Of a DNA stretch of 64,000 nt, positions 36,625-48,200 are shown in pieces (positions within the stretch are counted from its first letter, which is position 1; every line of letters begins with the position of its first letter). Both the position numbers and the translations under genes were made by a program. The notes beneath the pieces were generated by a model that made no database searches, was not told the origin of the DNA, and worked only from the letters and a program-made list of their open reading frames with translations. This stretch comes from Nitrospirales bacterium. GTDB lineage: Bacteria; Nitrospirota; Nitrospiria; Nitrospirales; UBA8639. The stretch is from the NCBI GenBank assembly GCA_965203295.1, contig CBDBCZ010000018.1, positions 1,632,001 to 1,696,000 on the forward strand, in the 5' to 3' direction.

Positions 36625-37027
36625 ATGGCTCTAGTGATTGCTCTTCTCAGTGTGTTGGTGATAGTTGAAGGAAGTACTACCACTCAATGGCAGAACAAGC
36701 AAGTATATCACCACTCTATGAATACTAGTGGTAATGATACTTTAAACTGTTCTAATACTTGGTTCTTCACAAGGCAGTTTGATAATAGGAGCAGTGCTTG
36801 TGAGTGTGGTAGTGATCTTGGAGAAGTAATAATGTGATGAAGCGAATTCGAAATCAAACACTGCATAATTATAATAATGGATTCGTTTCAGGGTTGCTAC
36901 AAGAATCGGACAAGTAATACTTGTGACTGTCGGTGGTTTTCAGTATTATATCTGATGACACGGATTACTTTTGTTGTATTATATGGAATACTTCCAAGTA
37001 ACCATTTTGTGATACTGTGGATCATAC
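36625..37027 (+). pseudogene. Internally deleted paralog of the 32804 membrane protein, truncated by a LINE
   Basis: MALVIALLSVLVIVEGS...CSNTWFFTRQFDNRSSACECGSDLGEVI is joined directly to MDSFQGCYKNRTSNTCDCRWFS; shares the upstream sequence aaaaggaaaatcagttgtcaatct. Confidence 0.85.
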
Positions 37028-38818
37028 TCCTTAACATCCTTCTTAATGGTAATGCCAATCCCAGCCTTCTCGACCTCATCTAACAGCTGATTGATAAACA
37101 TGGGAAAGAGGATAGGCAACATTCTACAACCCTGTGCCACCCCCTGACCTATGTTGAATGCATTAGATATTTCTCCCTCGGATCCAGTAAAACAGCACTC
37201 TGTGTGTTGTCATACATATTCTTAGTGATTATCTCTCCACATTCTACCCCTAACACCAAGCTCCCATAACTTCAACCATAAACCATCATGCCGAACTTTG
37301 TCAAATGCTTTCTGAACATCAAGAAAAAAGTGTAAGTGCGCTTTCTTTCCCTCATTCTACCTTGTACAATTTCATTTAGAGTAAAGATGTTATCAACACA
37401 ACTTCTTTTAAACTCTCTATATCCTGCCTGACCCTCATAAAGAGCCCTTTCTGATTCTAGTTGGCTTACTAACCGATTATTTAGAATCTTGCAAAACAGC
37501 TTTCCTACCACATTCAATAGTGTAATGCCTCTGTAATTACCCAGGTCCTCAGTATCACCTTTCTTATACGTACAAGCTAACAATTAACCCTTGTCTCCAA
37601 TGTTTAGGAATACTCTCCTCTGTCCAAACTACCCCATACAAGACTTTCAACAGATTAGCCATCCCTTTGCCACCGTACTTAAAAAGTTCCCCAACTAGCC
37701 CATCATTACCTCCTGTTTTATTATTCTTTAGGCTTTTAGAACATTTTTTAATTTCTCCATAACTATTCCCTCTATCCAAAACCTTATCCTTCTGCAAAAT
37801 AAATATTTCACTATACTCTGTCACTTTCTTTTCTATAAGCTCTTTCCAGCTATAATCAAACTGATCATCCAACAATCTGTACGCAACCTTTCATAATGCT
37901 CACGTAATACTTCCAAATTTCCCTCAGTACTGGTTACACATGAACCTGAACGATTCCTCAAAGAAGCAATACCCTTACGACTACCTTTTGAAGTCCTGCT
38001 AACAAATGCCCAAAACTCTTTCCTGTTTTCATGAAACCTTTATTAGCCTTTTCAATCACCTCATTCCAAATATCTAATTTTTTCTTACGTACCAATTCCT
38101 TGATTTCTGAATGTAATTTGTAATACTCTCCCCATTTATCTTCCCTGCCACTTCTAATCTCCTTATAAATCTGTCTTCTCAACCTAATCTTCTCTTTAAT
38201 CTCACCATCCCACCACGCCGCTTTGCCACACACCATCACCCTTTCCACAATTTCTTTTGATGCTACCCTCTTGACTGTCTCTTCCCAATCCTGAACCACT
38301 GCCTTCACTAATTCTGAGTCTTCCATTTGCGTACCCTTCCTTGAAACCCATCTACTTCTACACTTATGGCTTCCTGATACTTCTGTCGCACTTCCTCATC
38401 CTGAAACCGTTTGATGCGCCATTTCATAATCACCCGCTTCTGTTGTTTAGTGGATTTTACAGTCCTACCCAATTCCATCCATACCAGAAAGAGATCCAAT
38501 TTACCTACATCCACTGTATCTACCTGCACACTCCCTGAAACCTGCAACAAGTTGGAATCAGTAACTATAATCAATGATAGACTTTTGCTTCAGAGAAGGT
38601 CTAGCTCTAGTCCACTGTGGTTCCACAGTGAACTCACGGCCATTACAGACTACAAGCTCAACCTCATTTAAAAAGGAAATCAACCTGTTGCCGCTCACAT
38701 TACATTTTCCTTCACCAAACATACCTATTACATCATCTAATTCTGGAGATCTTTCCACTCTAGCATTAAAATCACCTAGAAGCACAACCTGACCCCTCTC
38801 CTTCATACGAAGCACATG
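37028..38818 (-). mobile_element. Degenerate non-LTR retrotransposon (LINE) ORF2: APE endonuclease plus RT
   Basis: VVLLGDFNARV and SIIDY (endonuclease); KTGGNDGLVGELFK, IPKHWRQGLIVSL, KKGDTEDLGNYRGITLLNVVGKLFCKILNNRL, QAGYR and RSCVDNIFTL (RT). Multiple frameshifts. Confidence 0.93.
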
Positions 38819-41039
38819 CTCAAACTAATTAAAAGGTGGAGGTCAGATCAGCCTGGGTGGTTTTTTTAAAAATCCCAAGAAGGGTTTCTGTCTGGAGGCC
38901 CACAGGATTTCTGAAGCACTAAGGCTCATAAACAAAGACTCACAAGTGAATAGCAATAATCAGACAGCTGCTTGAAATGAAGGATAACTAATTTTTTACT
39001 TAGGGCATACATCTAGATTTCCACCACGTTGCCAGTTTATCAGCCTATCCAGGAAAGCTTCTGGCAACATTCAGGTAGTGGCTGTATTCTCCACAGTAGG
39101 AACCAACATGACATGTGTCACACTACTCCAATAATTGGAGCATGGATGTCCCGTGCATGGTTGATGTATGTGACACATACGCTGCATCCATTCTGTACAA
39201 GTAGAGTGCCACTGTATATAGTTGTAGAAATTCTAGAGGTTGTGAAACTTAAGGCTCCACAGTACAGTTTTTAAGGGACTGCAGGTAATTTGGGGTAATA
39301 GGACCAGAACAACTATATTCCAATAATTGGAGCTTGGATATCACATGCATAGTCTATATTGAAGCTCCAAAATTGGAGTACAGTGACACTAGCCATGCCA
39401 ATTCCTATTTTGAAGGATACAGGAAGATTATCAGAAACTATACGATCAGATATATATACTGCTTGCTTTCCACATGGTAGGAACCAGCATGATTTGCCTT
39501 GTGAATCACCTATCCTGGGTGTATAGCTTCTGGTAATCTTCATGAACTGCTTGCATGCATTCAGCACAGTAGGAACCAGCATACCATCAGTGACATTACT
39601 CCAATAATTTGAACTTTCAGTTTAGATCAACCTATGTAGGTGGTTTCTTAAAGGTGTGGTGTGTGGACGTGGTCAATGACATAAGCGCTACGGCAGCGAC
39701 ATGATTAGTATTATTATCAAGCCTCCATTGTATATACTGCAATGTACGTCAGGCCACTCTGCAATGTTCAGTGTGGGTGATTGTTTAGGTATTTGGCTGG
39801 AGTGGGTGTAATACTGGGGCACTCGCCTTTGCATGCATTCCATTGGTCTGATGTTTGCACCTCAGTCTTGTTGTTGTAACAATTGTTCAAAAGCTTTGAT
39901 CCATGAGCACATACATGTAGGTATACTGTAGGCACGTGCAACTTTTTGCATGCTGTTTCATGTTAACTGGGGTCTATAGTGGAAGTGGGTAGTTGGCATT
40001 ACTGCAGTAGTGTGCTTAATGCACAGGCTCTGGTGCATGTCTGGTCTATGCTTTTTGTATTGCAAACAACAAAAGCTACTGTGTAGAATGGATGCAGGAT
40101 CTGGGTGTGTAGCTGAAGATTACCAGAAGCTATACGCCCAGGATCATAGCTGATTCACAAGCTACACAGCTACTATGTACGCAACTGTGACCTTAATTTG
40201 ACATTAGTGTGGATCACCATCGATGATGGAGGGCTGTTAGCTTTGTTGCCAGCTGTCCTCAGCTTTTTATGAAGACATTAAGTAGTTTTGGCAGTAAAGA
40301 TAGCACTAAAATCTTTATAAACTTTGATGGCCTAGTTCATGCTAGCAAAAATTACACTGGTCTCACAAACATTACTTCCCATTTTTCAGAAGCAAGACAG
40401 TCCCTCTCCTGTCCTTGCTGTCTTCAAAGCCTCACTGCATTGGGGCCGTAGTAGCTGCTTTGCCATCTCTCAAACTACCCCACCAGGGGACAGACTAGAT
40501 ACTGAAACTGTATAAGAGTTGCCACGCTACAACAGATGAGCAGTACTCAGAGGGAGAGAATAGGTGCTGAGATTGCAGAAAGAAAAGGTTGGGGGGGGGG
40601 GGGGGGGGTAGGCTGCAATATGACAGAGAGGGCCTCAGAGTGCGGTGGGTGTTGTTAGCCAGAGTGGAGCTGTATGCAGACCAGGCCTTACGTGCTGGTG
40701 CAGTGCAGTAACTAGCATTGATCAGATTTATTGAGCCAGTTTGCAGGCTGTTTTTCAGTGAGCTAATGCTTGAAATATGTTATGTCTTACAATGAACTTA
40801 ATATTAGCTTTCACAGTCCACCATTAGTTATCAGATTTGTTTTCGTAGGATCTGTACCTAAGTCTTTTCTGACACTTCAGCTATGAGGATTTCGTTAATG
40901 GTGCGTGAGGACTACATTACATGGGCATTGAATGTGCTAATAATGGTTTATGGGATAGTCATGCACAGAAGGTAATAAATAATGGAAAAAAAAAGTGAAT
41001 CAAATTACATGGGTTTTTAAGTATTACTAGTGGGTTTAG

Positions 41040-41396
41040 GTAATATTTAGATACCAGTTGGCAGTGCATTACGTGATATAGTAGCGCGCGAGGACAATTA
41101 AGTAACGGTCGAGGGCGGATAATGCACGAGCCGAAGGCGAGTGCATTATCCGCCCGAGACCATTACTTAATTGTCCTCGCGCGCTACTATATCACGTAAT
41201 GCACTGCCAACTGGTATCTAAAGTATTTAGTTCACTCACTGACCTGAGACAGCCACGGTTCTGTTGGGCGTTATTTAGAAAAGTGTGCACTAATTTTGTT
41301 AATGCACACTTAAGTGTGCATTAAGCGATTTAACGTGCGGTCATGTGATCGAGTTTGAGACTTCTGATTCGTCGAAGGTCACGTGAGTAGCACTAA
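41040..41396 (+). mobile_element. 357-bp TSD-less insertion with a 177-bp near-perfect hairpin
   Basis: Palindrome 41046-41222 centred on tgcacGAgccGAAggcGAgtgca. Empty site actagcgggtttag|tggctacataaag at ~31632. tttagttcactcac (41226-41239) pairs with the terminal gtgagtagcactaa (41383-41396). Confidence 0.88.
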
Positions 41397-41435
41397 TGGC
41401 TATATAAAGCCTGCCTACTGCTCCTCTGCCAAGGG

Positions 41436-41509
41436 GCTCCAGTAGCCCAGTGGTAAGAGGATCTTGACTATTGTTCAGAAGGTCCTGGGTTCAATCCCCA
41501 GCTGGGTCC
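41436..41509 (+). tRNA. Degenerate second copy of the tRNA-Thr-like repeat
   Basis: gctccagtagcccagtggtaagaggatcttgactattgttcagaaggtcctgggttcaatccccagctgggtcc, with the same flanks as 31673 and a damaged anticodon arm. Confidence 0.55.
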
Positions 41510-42286
41510 TGTTTTGGGAGGAATTTCTTTACTCTCCCAGAAAGCTTATCATCTCAAAGAGTTTACAATGAGTCAGCAGAATATGATGTGAAAATTTAAG
41601 CAAGTACAAGTAGCACCATACACTGTAGTTGCTCCTGAGTATGAAATTAGTTCACTCCGGTGGTCGTCCAGTAATCCAGCTGCCATGTGTATTTCAATCG
41701 AACATGTGAGTCCTCGATCGCTGTCCATGAAAGACAGCTTGAGGGCAGGGCATAAGTGTACATACATGGTTAACTAGCACTGAACTCAAGATTCATTTCT
41801 CGTAGGTGCAAGACGGTTTCAGAAGAAGCCTGGATCAGCTGTGGCTCAGTATGTACAACAGCCAAGGCCTGCTTCATATCTCAAGTGGGACGGTAGGTAG
41901 AATATTGCATGTCAATGTAAACATCAAAGAGTGGGTAAAATGTAGGTCATGCACCCATTGGTGGTTGTGTATTAGCAACTGCTGTGCCTATTTAATAGTT
42001 AGCATGTTACTGTATTACACTGCTACCGGGTATTTTTGGGGAAAAATGTGGAAGGGGGCATTGCAATAATGTTACATAGTCATACTGTGCTGAATGGAGA
42101 GCTCGTTAATAGCCTGAACTTGCTGTGTGAGCCTCTCAGCTACCTTCATTTTGGCTTGCTATGATCCACATGAAAAAGAATGCTATCATTGTATGTCTCC
42201 AAGTTTGTGTCTCAGCAATGCAATGCATGACCAACAAGCAACTAAATGTATGCACTGTAAACTGCTACGTGTACTTACAAGACTAC

Positions 42287-45200
42287 ATATATTCATACTA
42301 AATCAGTTTGTTTCATCGTGTGACTGAAATGACCCCTTATTGATTAGGTCAACTTTAGCCTGCCTCGTACCCATTTGCGTTCAAGGATAATATTTTGCTG
42401 ATGGATTTAGCTTGGGAGATAGATTACGAATACTTGCAACAGCGCAATTATTTAGGGGGTTACACATAATATTATGCCTCATTCCAAAGCTCCACTCCCC
42501 CATGTTAGGCATACATACTACATTCGCACTCCTCATTCTGCATGGATGGTGAATATTTGCATCCATGGGTTCTATACACACTGTGGAATACAGCACTCCA
42601 AGAAGCGCATGAGCCACTCATAAGCTACTGGTATTACTATAGCCTGGTTTCTGTGAATATGAACATATCTACTTGCTATTGTACTACAGTTCTTATGTGG
42701 TTGGATATTAATTGTCTTCACCATATCTGGTCCCTTAAAAGTTATTCCTGTACTAGAGCATATTTGCATTTATTGACACTACTGTAAACAGGCAACAATT
42801 TCCAATCAGATAGTGTTACATCTATAGCCTAGTAATCAAAGTAGCACTGTGCGGTAACGATTAGCCTGAGGGTACATGGTATAGCACGTGTAGCTACTGC
42901 ATAATCTACAAAAGCAAGTGTTGCTACAGTTTCATTCAAATCAGCACTAGAATTGAATTACTTCCCCTTGGCTCTAACTGCCGGCGGCAGTCAGAGCCCA
43001 GGAGGTGTTGTGTCACTGTGCTGCTGGGGAATAAATTCTGTACAATTTTAAAGGACGACCGCAATAACATAGACCAAAAGCTAGTTGAAGCTCAGATTAA
43101 TGTAGTAGAGTTTCCATTTATTATATACCCAAATCTTCCTTGCACAGAGAATTTTGTTTATTGTATTATAAAATGGACAATGTACCCGCAAATACTTCAA
43201 ATGTTGAATCAGATGCTGTATTAAATCAACTAAGAAATTAACGTCTTTACCAGTAATTTACCGTAGAATCGGGAGTATAGCGACCTGTCACAGTCAATTT
43301 GGTCCACTTTCAAATTCGTTCCCCCCGGAACAAATTTTTCAGAAATATATGGCAACCCCCCCCCCCCCCGGCTTGCACATGCAAATTTGGATTGATTGCT
43401 TGCCACCTGTTTCAAGAAACGCAAGTCAGTGCCTGTCAGAGGTGTAGAAAAGATGCTCATGCTTATCTCGTATACATGTACTGTCTTTTGGATGGCTGCA
43501 ATGGCGGAGAGTGACAGCAAAAAGAGAGACCAGATACTTGATTATGCAATTCCCTAATTAGCCCATCATTACCTCCTGTTTGTTATTTTTCTGTGAACTA
43601 TCTTGGGTAGATATAGCAGTACTCCCAAATCCTAAAAAGGGTATTCTTAATTTTTTTCTACCTGTCTCTAAAATGCACTTGTGTTTGAATGGCCGCAGGG
43701 TTGTTCAAATGTGAACCCTATGGACAAAATGTGGTTAAGATTGTAGCAACAGTGTATCATGAAACCACATTACCATGTCTGTCGATTAAGCCTGCAAATT
43801 TGAGAATATGGAAAATACCTTGCCATGTTCCCTATTTTGTGTTTGGTCCAGCAAGCACCACAACTCATTGCCTCAATTGAATATTGCGTTTTATTGGCAA
43901 ATGGCTGTGTTCAGTTCCTACTGCTGAGTGCATGGACACTCTCTAAATAAAGGACAAAGGCTGCCGTACCAAAGTGTCCGCTATTTGGAGAGTTGACTGT
44001 TGAGTCATTGAATGCTTATATTAAAGTTATTTTTAACATCATTTAAGCATGAATTTTACAAAACTCCCCAATAAAGGACACTCTCTGAATAAAGGACAAA
44101 AGCTGTCGTACCAAAGTGTACGCTATTTGTAGAGTTGACTGTACGAAACTTTATACTATATAAAACAAAAGCAGTTTCATACTCTCACTGAGAAAACATA
44201 CACTTGCATAGAAAGCAACATAAAACCTCAACTAAAATTATAATGTCATTGCACTACATTAGTTACTACAATCTGTTGCTAGTCGATTTTGCCAGTCAAG
44301 TGCACTGTTACTTTCCTTTAGGTTCAAAATCTGATTTCAACTAACGGAGCCGTTCTTTGTATTGCTCAAGGTCCTTGATCATCTTCTCCAACTGACAGGC
44401 CTATTTAGAATTGGACCCCTGACCTGTACGATACTTGTAGATGTCATATGCACCTTTTACTATCACGAAGAGATCGAGTGGAACAGCAACAGCATCGAAA
44501 ACGACACCTGCAACACTAAGGCCACCAGCGACTGTTCTCAGACCGGTCCAAGCAATCCGAGTTGTTGGAGCAAATCGACCAGCTTTAATGCCGATCCTGA
44601 CGGCATCTATACCTGAATCAATCAGTTTGTATCCATCATAAAGTACTTTTATGACTCCGCCACCTACAAAATACAAGTGATAACAAAAGACTTATAAAAT
44701 TTTACAAACTTAATTTTATCACTAGCTACTACATAACATCATGGTCATAATTATAACTACACAATGTCATGTATAATCTGTAAGAAAATGGCTATTGGTC
44801 CAGCAGTCCGGTGGTTGATTTTTGGGTTAGGGTTAGAGTTTTAGGGTCAATCAAATCTGTAACTTGCTACAGGCATGCTCCATGCCTTCATAATTCTGCA
44901 GACCCCTGCTTCAATGCCTTATACATAAATGTCATGGACTATATACAACAACTATTATCTCTCTCTCATTCTTCAATACATGTACATGTACTATACAATT
45001 CTTGGGGGGAGACATACTATTGCTGACACCTTAGATTCGTGATTTTAGACCGGTGTCAGAGTCGTCAGTGACTCCCCGGTAACGCACGCCTAAGGCTGTA
45101 ATGACTCCCCGTTGGCAGATATGACTTCCCCCATACGGTACGCAGTACAAGTATATAGACTATCCTCGTCAGTATGATGTCATTATTGCATAATCCAGGA

Positions 45201-48200
45201 AATGAACCCAGTTTGATTGCTATCTGACACATGTTCTCCATGTTTTTGTCAGTAAAGCTGTAACAGTCACAATATAATCTTTTGATAAACGGCGCTAGCC
45301 CTCCGCGGCGTCACAGAATAACCGCACTAACTCTACTAACCTAGGCGGTGTAGTAAGCCTTCCTTTGCATGTGATACACTTGTCCAGTTCTCAGACCCTT
45401 CACCTTCGGGCCCAAAGCGTGACTGACTTCAGAGTTAATTTCTCTATTTTTCCCTCGCGATTCTGACACCTTGGTTGCCTTTGGAGGCAAAATCCTGTCG
45501 TCTCTTGAGTGATGTTCCAGAATGACTGAAAGACGCAACGAGGCCTCATCAGGAAAGCGCTTGTCCCCGACAGGAAATACGCAACAGCAGGCTGCTAAAC
45601 GCCTAGTCTCGTGAACTAGCCCACTTAATTTCCGCAGTGCCGATCGCTCAATTAGTATGCGGCCGAAAGCGATCGGTGCTGAGGATCAAAGTAGGCTGGC
45701 TCGCGAGACTACTAAACGCCCACCACGACGAAGAGCAGATGGTAAAGTACCCCACCGCCCTCGCGGAGACAGTTGGTATTCACTAGTTTGTTTGTAGCTC
45801 ATTCTTTACGGCTGCCTACCACGTTTTCGCCATCTAGGCAACAAAACACTATCTTCATTTGCTGTAGTTTGGCCTACAAACCTCCAAAAGCTGCTATACA
45901 TAGCGCGAGGCTATCCTATACACTGCAGTTGATAGTAACATTTTGCGTGCATCGTTTCCCCCTCCCTTTTAGGTCACGCGGAACTTCATCAATCACCGCT
46001 AGGATACGCAGCTTGTCGGACCTCCTCTGGGACAAAACGAATTGCTTAACCCCGCTTGCGTATACGCGCGTGGGGTAAAAAAGTCTATCACTATTTTGAC
46101 TACTAGGGACGGCCGGACAGGACCAAGGTCAGTGTATGTTGAAAGTATACATATTACCACTCACTTCTCGAAATCAATCCATAAATCCGATCTTTGAAAG
46201 CTGGATACTTGCGATTCAGCTGTGAAATAGCTGTGGCCAAATCCTTACTTGTTTCACAAACAGTAGAGGACAATTCTTTGTCACGTTTGATCACCCTTTC
46301 GGCTGTCTTCATCTGCGATTTAGATACAAGCCAGTCACCGATGTAAGCACCTCTCTGTCACACCGCCACCTGGCAGCTGCAACAATTGATCCCGCAATGG
46401 TGAGGCCTAGGCTTGCACCAAACGTTACGAAGCTCAACCCAAAGCCAATGATGGCCATGGTACTACCCGCAACAGCAGCAGATGCACCACTTACTTTTGC
46501 TATGGTGCGATATGGTAACTTTCTTCAATTGTCTTTTGAATATCTCTCAGGGTGGCGAGAGTTCCTGCTCGGCTATCCTCCCATTTGGCAATGTCTTTTG
46601 ATAGTTTCTCTGCTATTTTAGTAGCACTATGAAACCTATCGTCCTTTATTAGATCAGACATGGCCACTACTAAACTTTATAGCCGTAGCTTATATATTTT
46701 TAGCCTGACTTGCATGCAAACTGGTCGATTTATAGGGCCTAGTAAATCACAATTTGCTTTGCCACAAGAGCCAGTGCGCCTTTTATTACACAGCTACTAC
46801 ATTATGTATATAAGATGACTACAATTGACAATGAATTTTACAAAGACAAAGGGTGAATAAAGTAATTTTATTGCCACTGATGTCATGTCTGTTGTGCTAT
46901 TTATAGAACACATCATCACTCTGAGACAAGGAAACTGTGTTTTCTCAGGAGTAAACTTAAGTGTTAGGCTGTTAGCTGTTCTAATTTCTTACCCTGATGC
47001 TGTTGGTGTTACCACCCCCTCTCATGAGCTCCATGGATTCACTTGTTAGGCTACTAGTATAATAACTACGCTAAGTCCAGCCAAGTGAGACTAGGGAAAT
47101 CATATGAATAGGGTGTCTGATATCTGTGCATTCATTTAGCCCTAACCCGTACTAGTTCACCCCATTTTAATCCCATAACCAGTACCCCTAACCATATTTA
47201 AATGTTGCAAGCAGAATGGATTCCAATGCCATCTACATTCTATTTCATGTGTATACCTTTACTTCAGTTGGTGTTCTCTTAATAATAGATTCCTGTTGGG
47301 GTTAGGTGAACAGGTAAAGTTGAGATGATGTTAAAGCAGCTACTAATGGAGAATAAAGAATAAGAAAGCTCATGTGGGAGTGACAGTGAAAGTGTAGTGC
47401 ACTGTATGACTTCATTCATAACAGTAACAATGCCACCACTCAATCTCGTGTTAGAGTCTGTTGTTTTTCGACCTCAGGCAGACTCTACATCAAGTTGAGT
47501 CTGCATGAGGTAGAAAACTAGATCCACAAACCACCAAGTCCATATTCACATGAAGTTGTGTTTAAGAGTGTTTAAGAAGAGGCTTTCCTCTATGCTGAAG
47601 CAGTTTTTTGAGGGGCGTGTACTTACGTAAGAGGTTGGGCTTGTTAGCTGTGGTATATTTAAAAGGTTAAAAAGTATATTTCTGACAAATGCCAGTAAAG
47701 GAAGTCCCAAGCTAGAGCTAAATCTTGACTGGTCAAGATGATGCATGGATACCGATTGCCGTGAAGAATCCAGGGTGCTTGCTACCCTTAATGATAGTGG
47801 CCTAAACCACAAAAGGTTAATCGTTCACAAGGTTACTATAAAGGATGACCTCATGGGGTAGCTCACAAATAATAGCTTCATAAATTTGCAGTACGAACAC
47901 ATGACAGCTATACGGACTTCCCTTTTGTCAGTCGTGCACTGTTGCTGTTCACATGTCAAACCCGTGATAAAACCCGCTGTTGCTGCAAAGCCCTGTATGA
48001 TTACATTCAGACTGTTAGATAGTGAATGAAATTAGCAGTTTCACAGCCACTGATGCCATGGCTATTGTGCTGTTTAAAAGAACACATTGGTCACTCTGAG
48101 ATGAAGAAACTTTGTGGAGCATTCTCAAGAAACAACGGAAGTGTTAGTATAGTTGCTTTAGCTAGTCTAAGACACCAAATAGGAGATGAAACCATATATT

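Noticed and set aside
40200..40560. Possible decayed coding fragment
   Set aside because: The frames I translated contain stops and no motif could be named.
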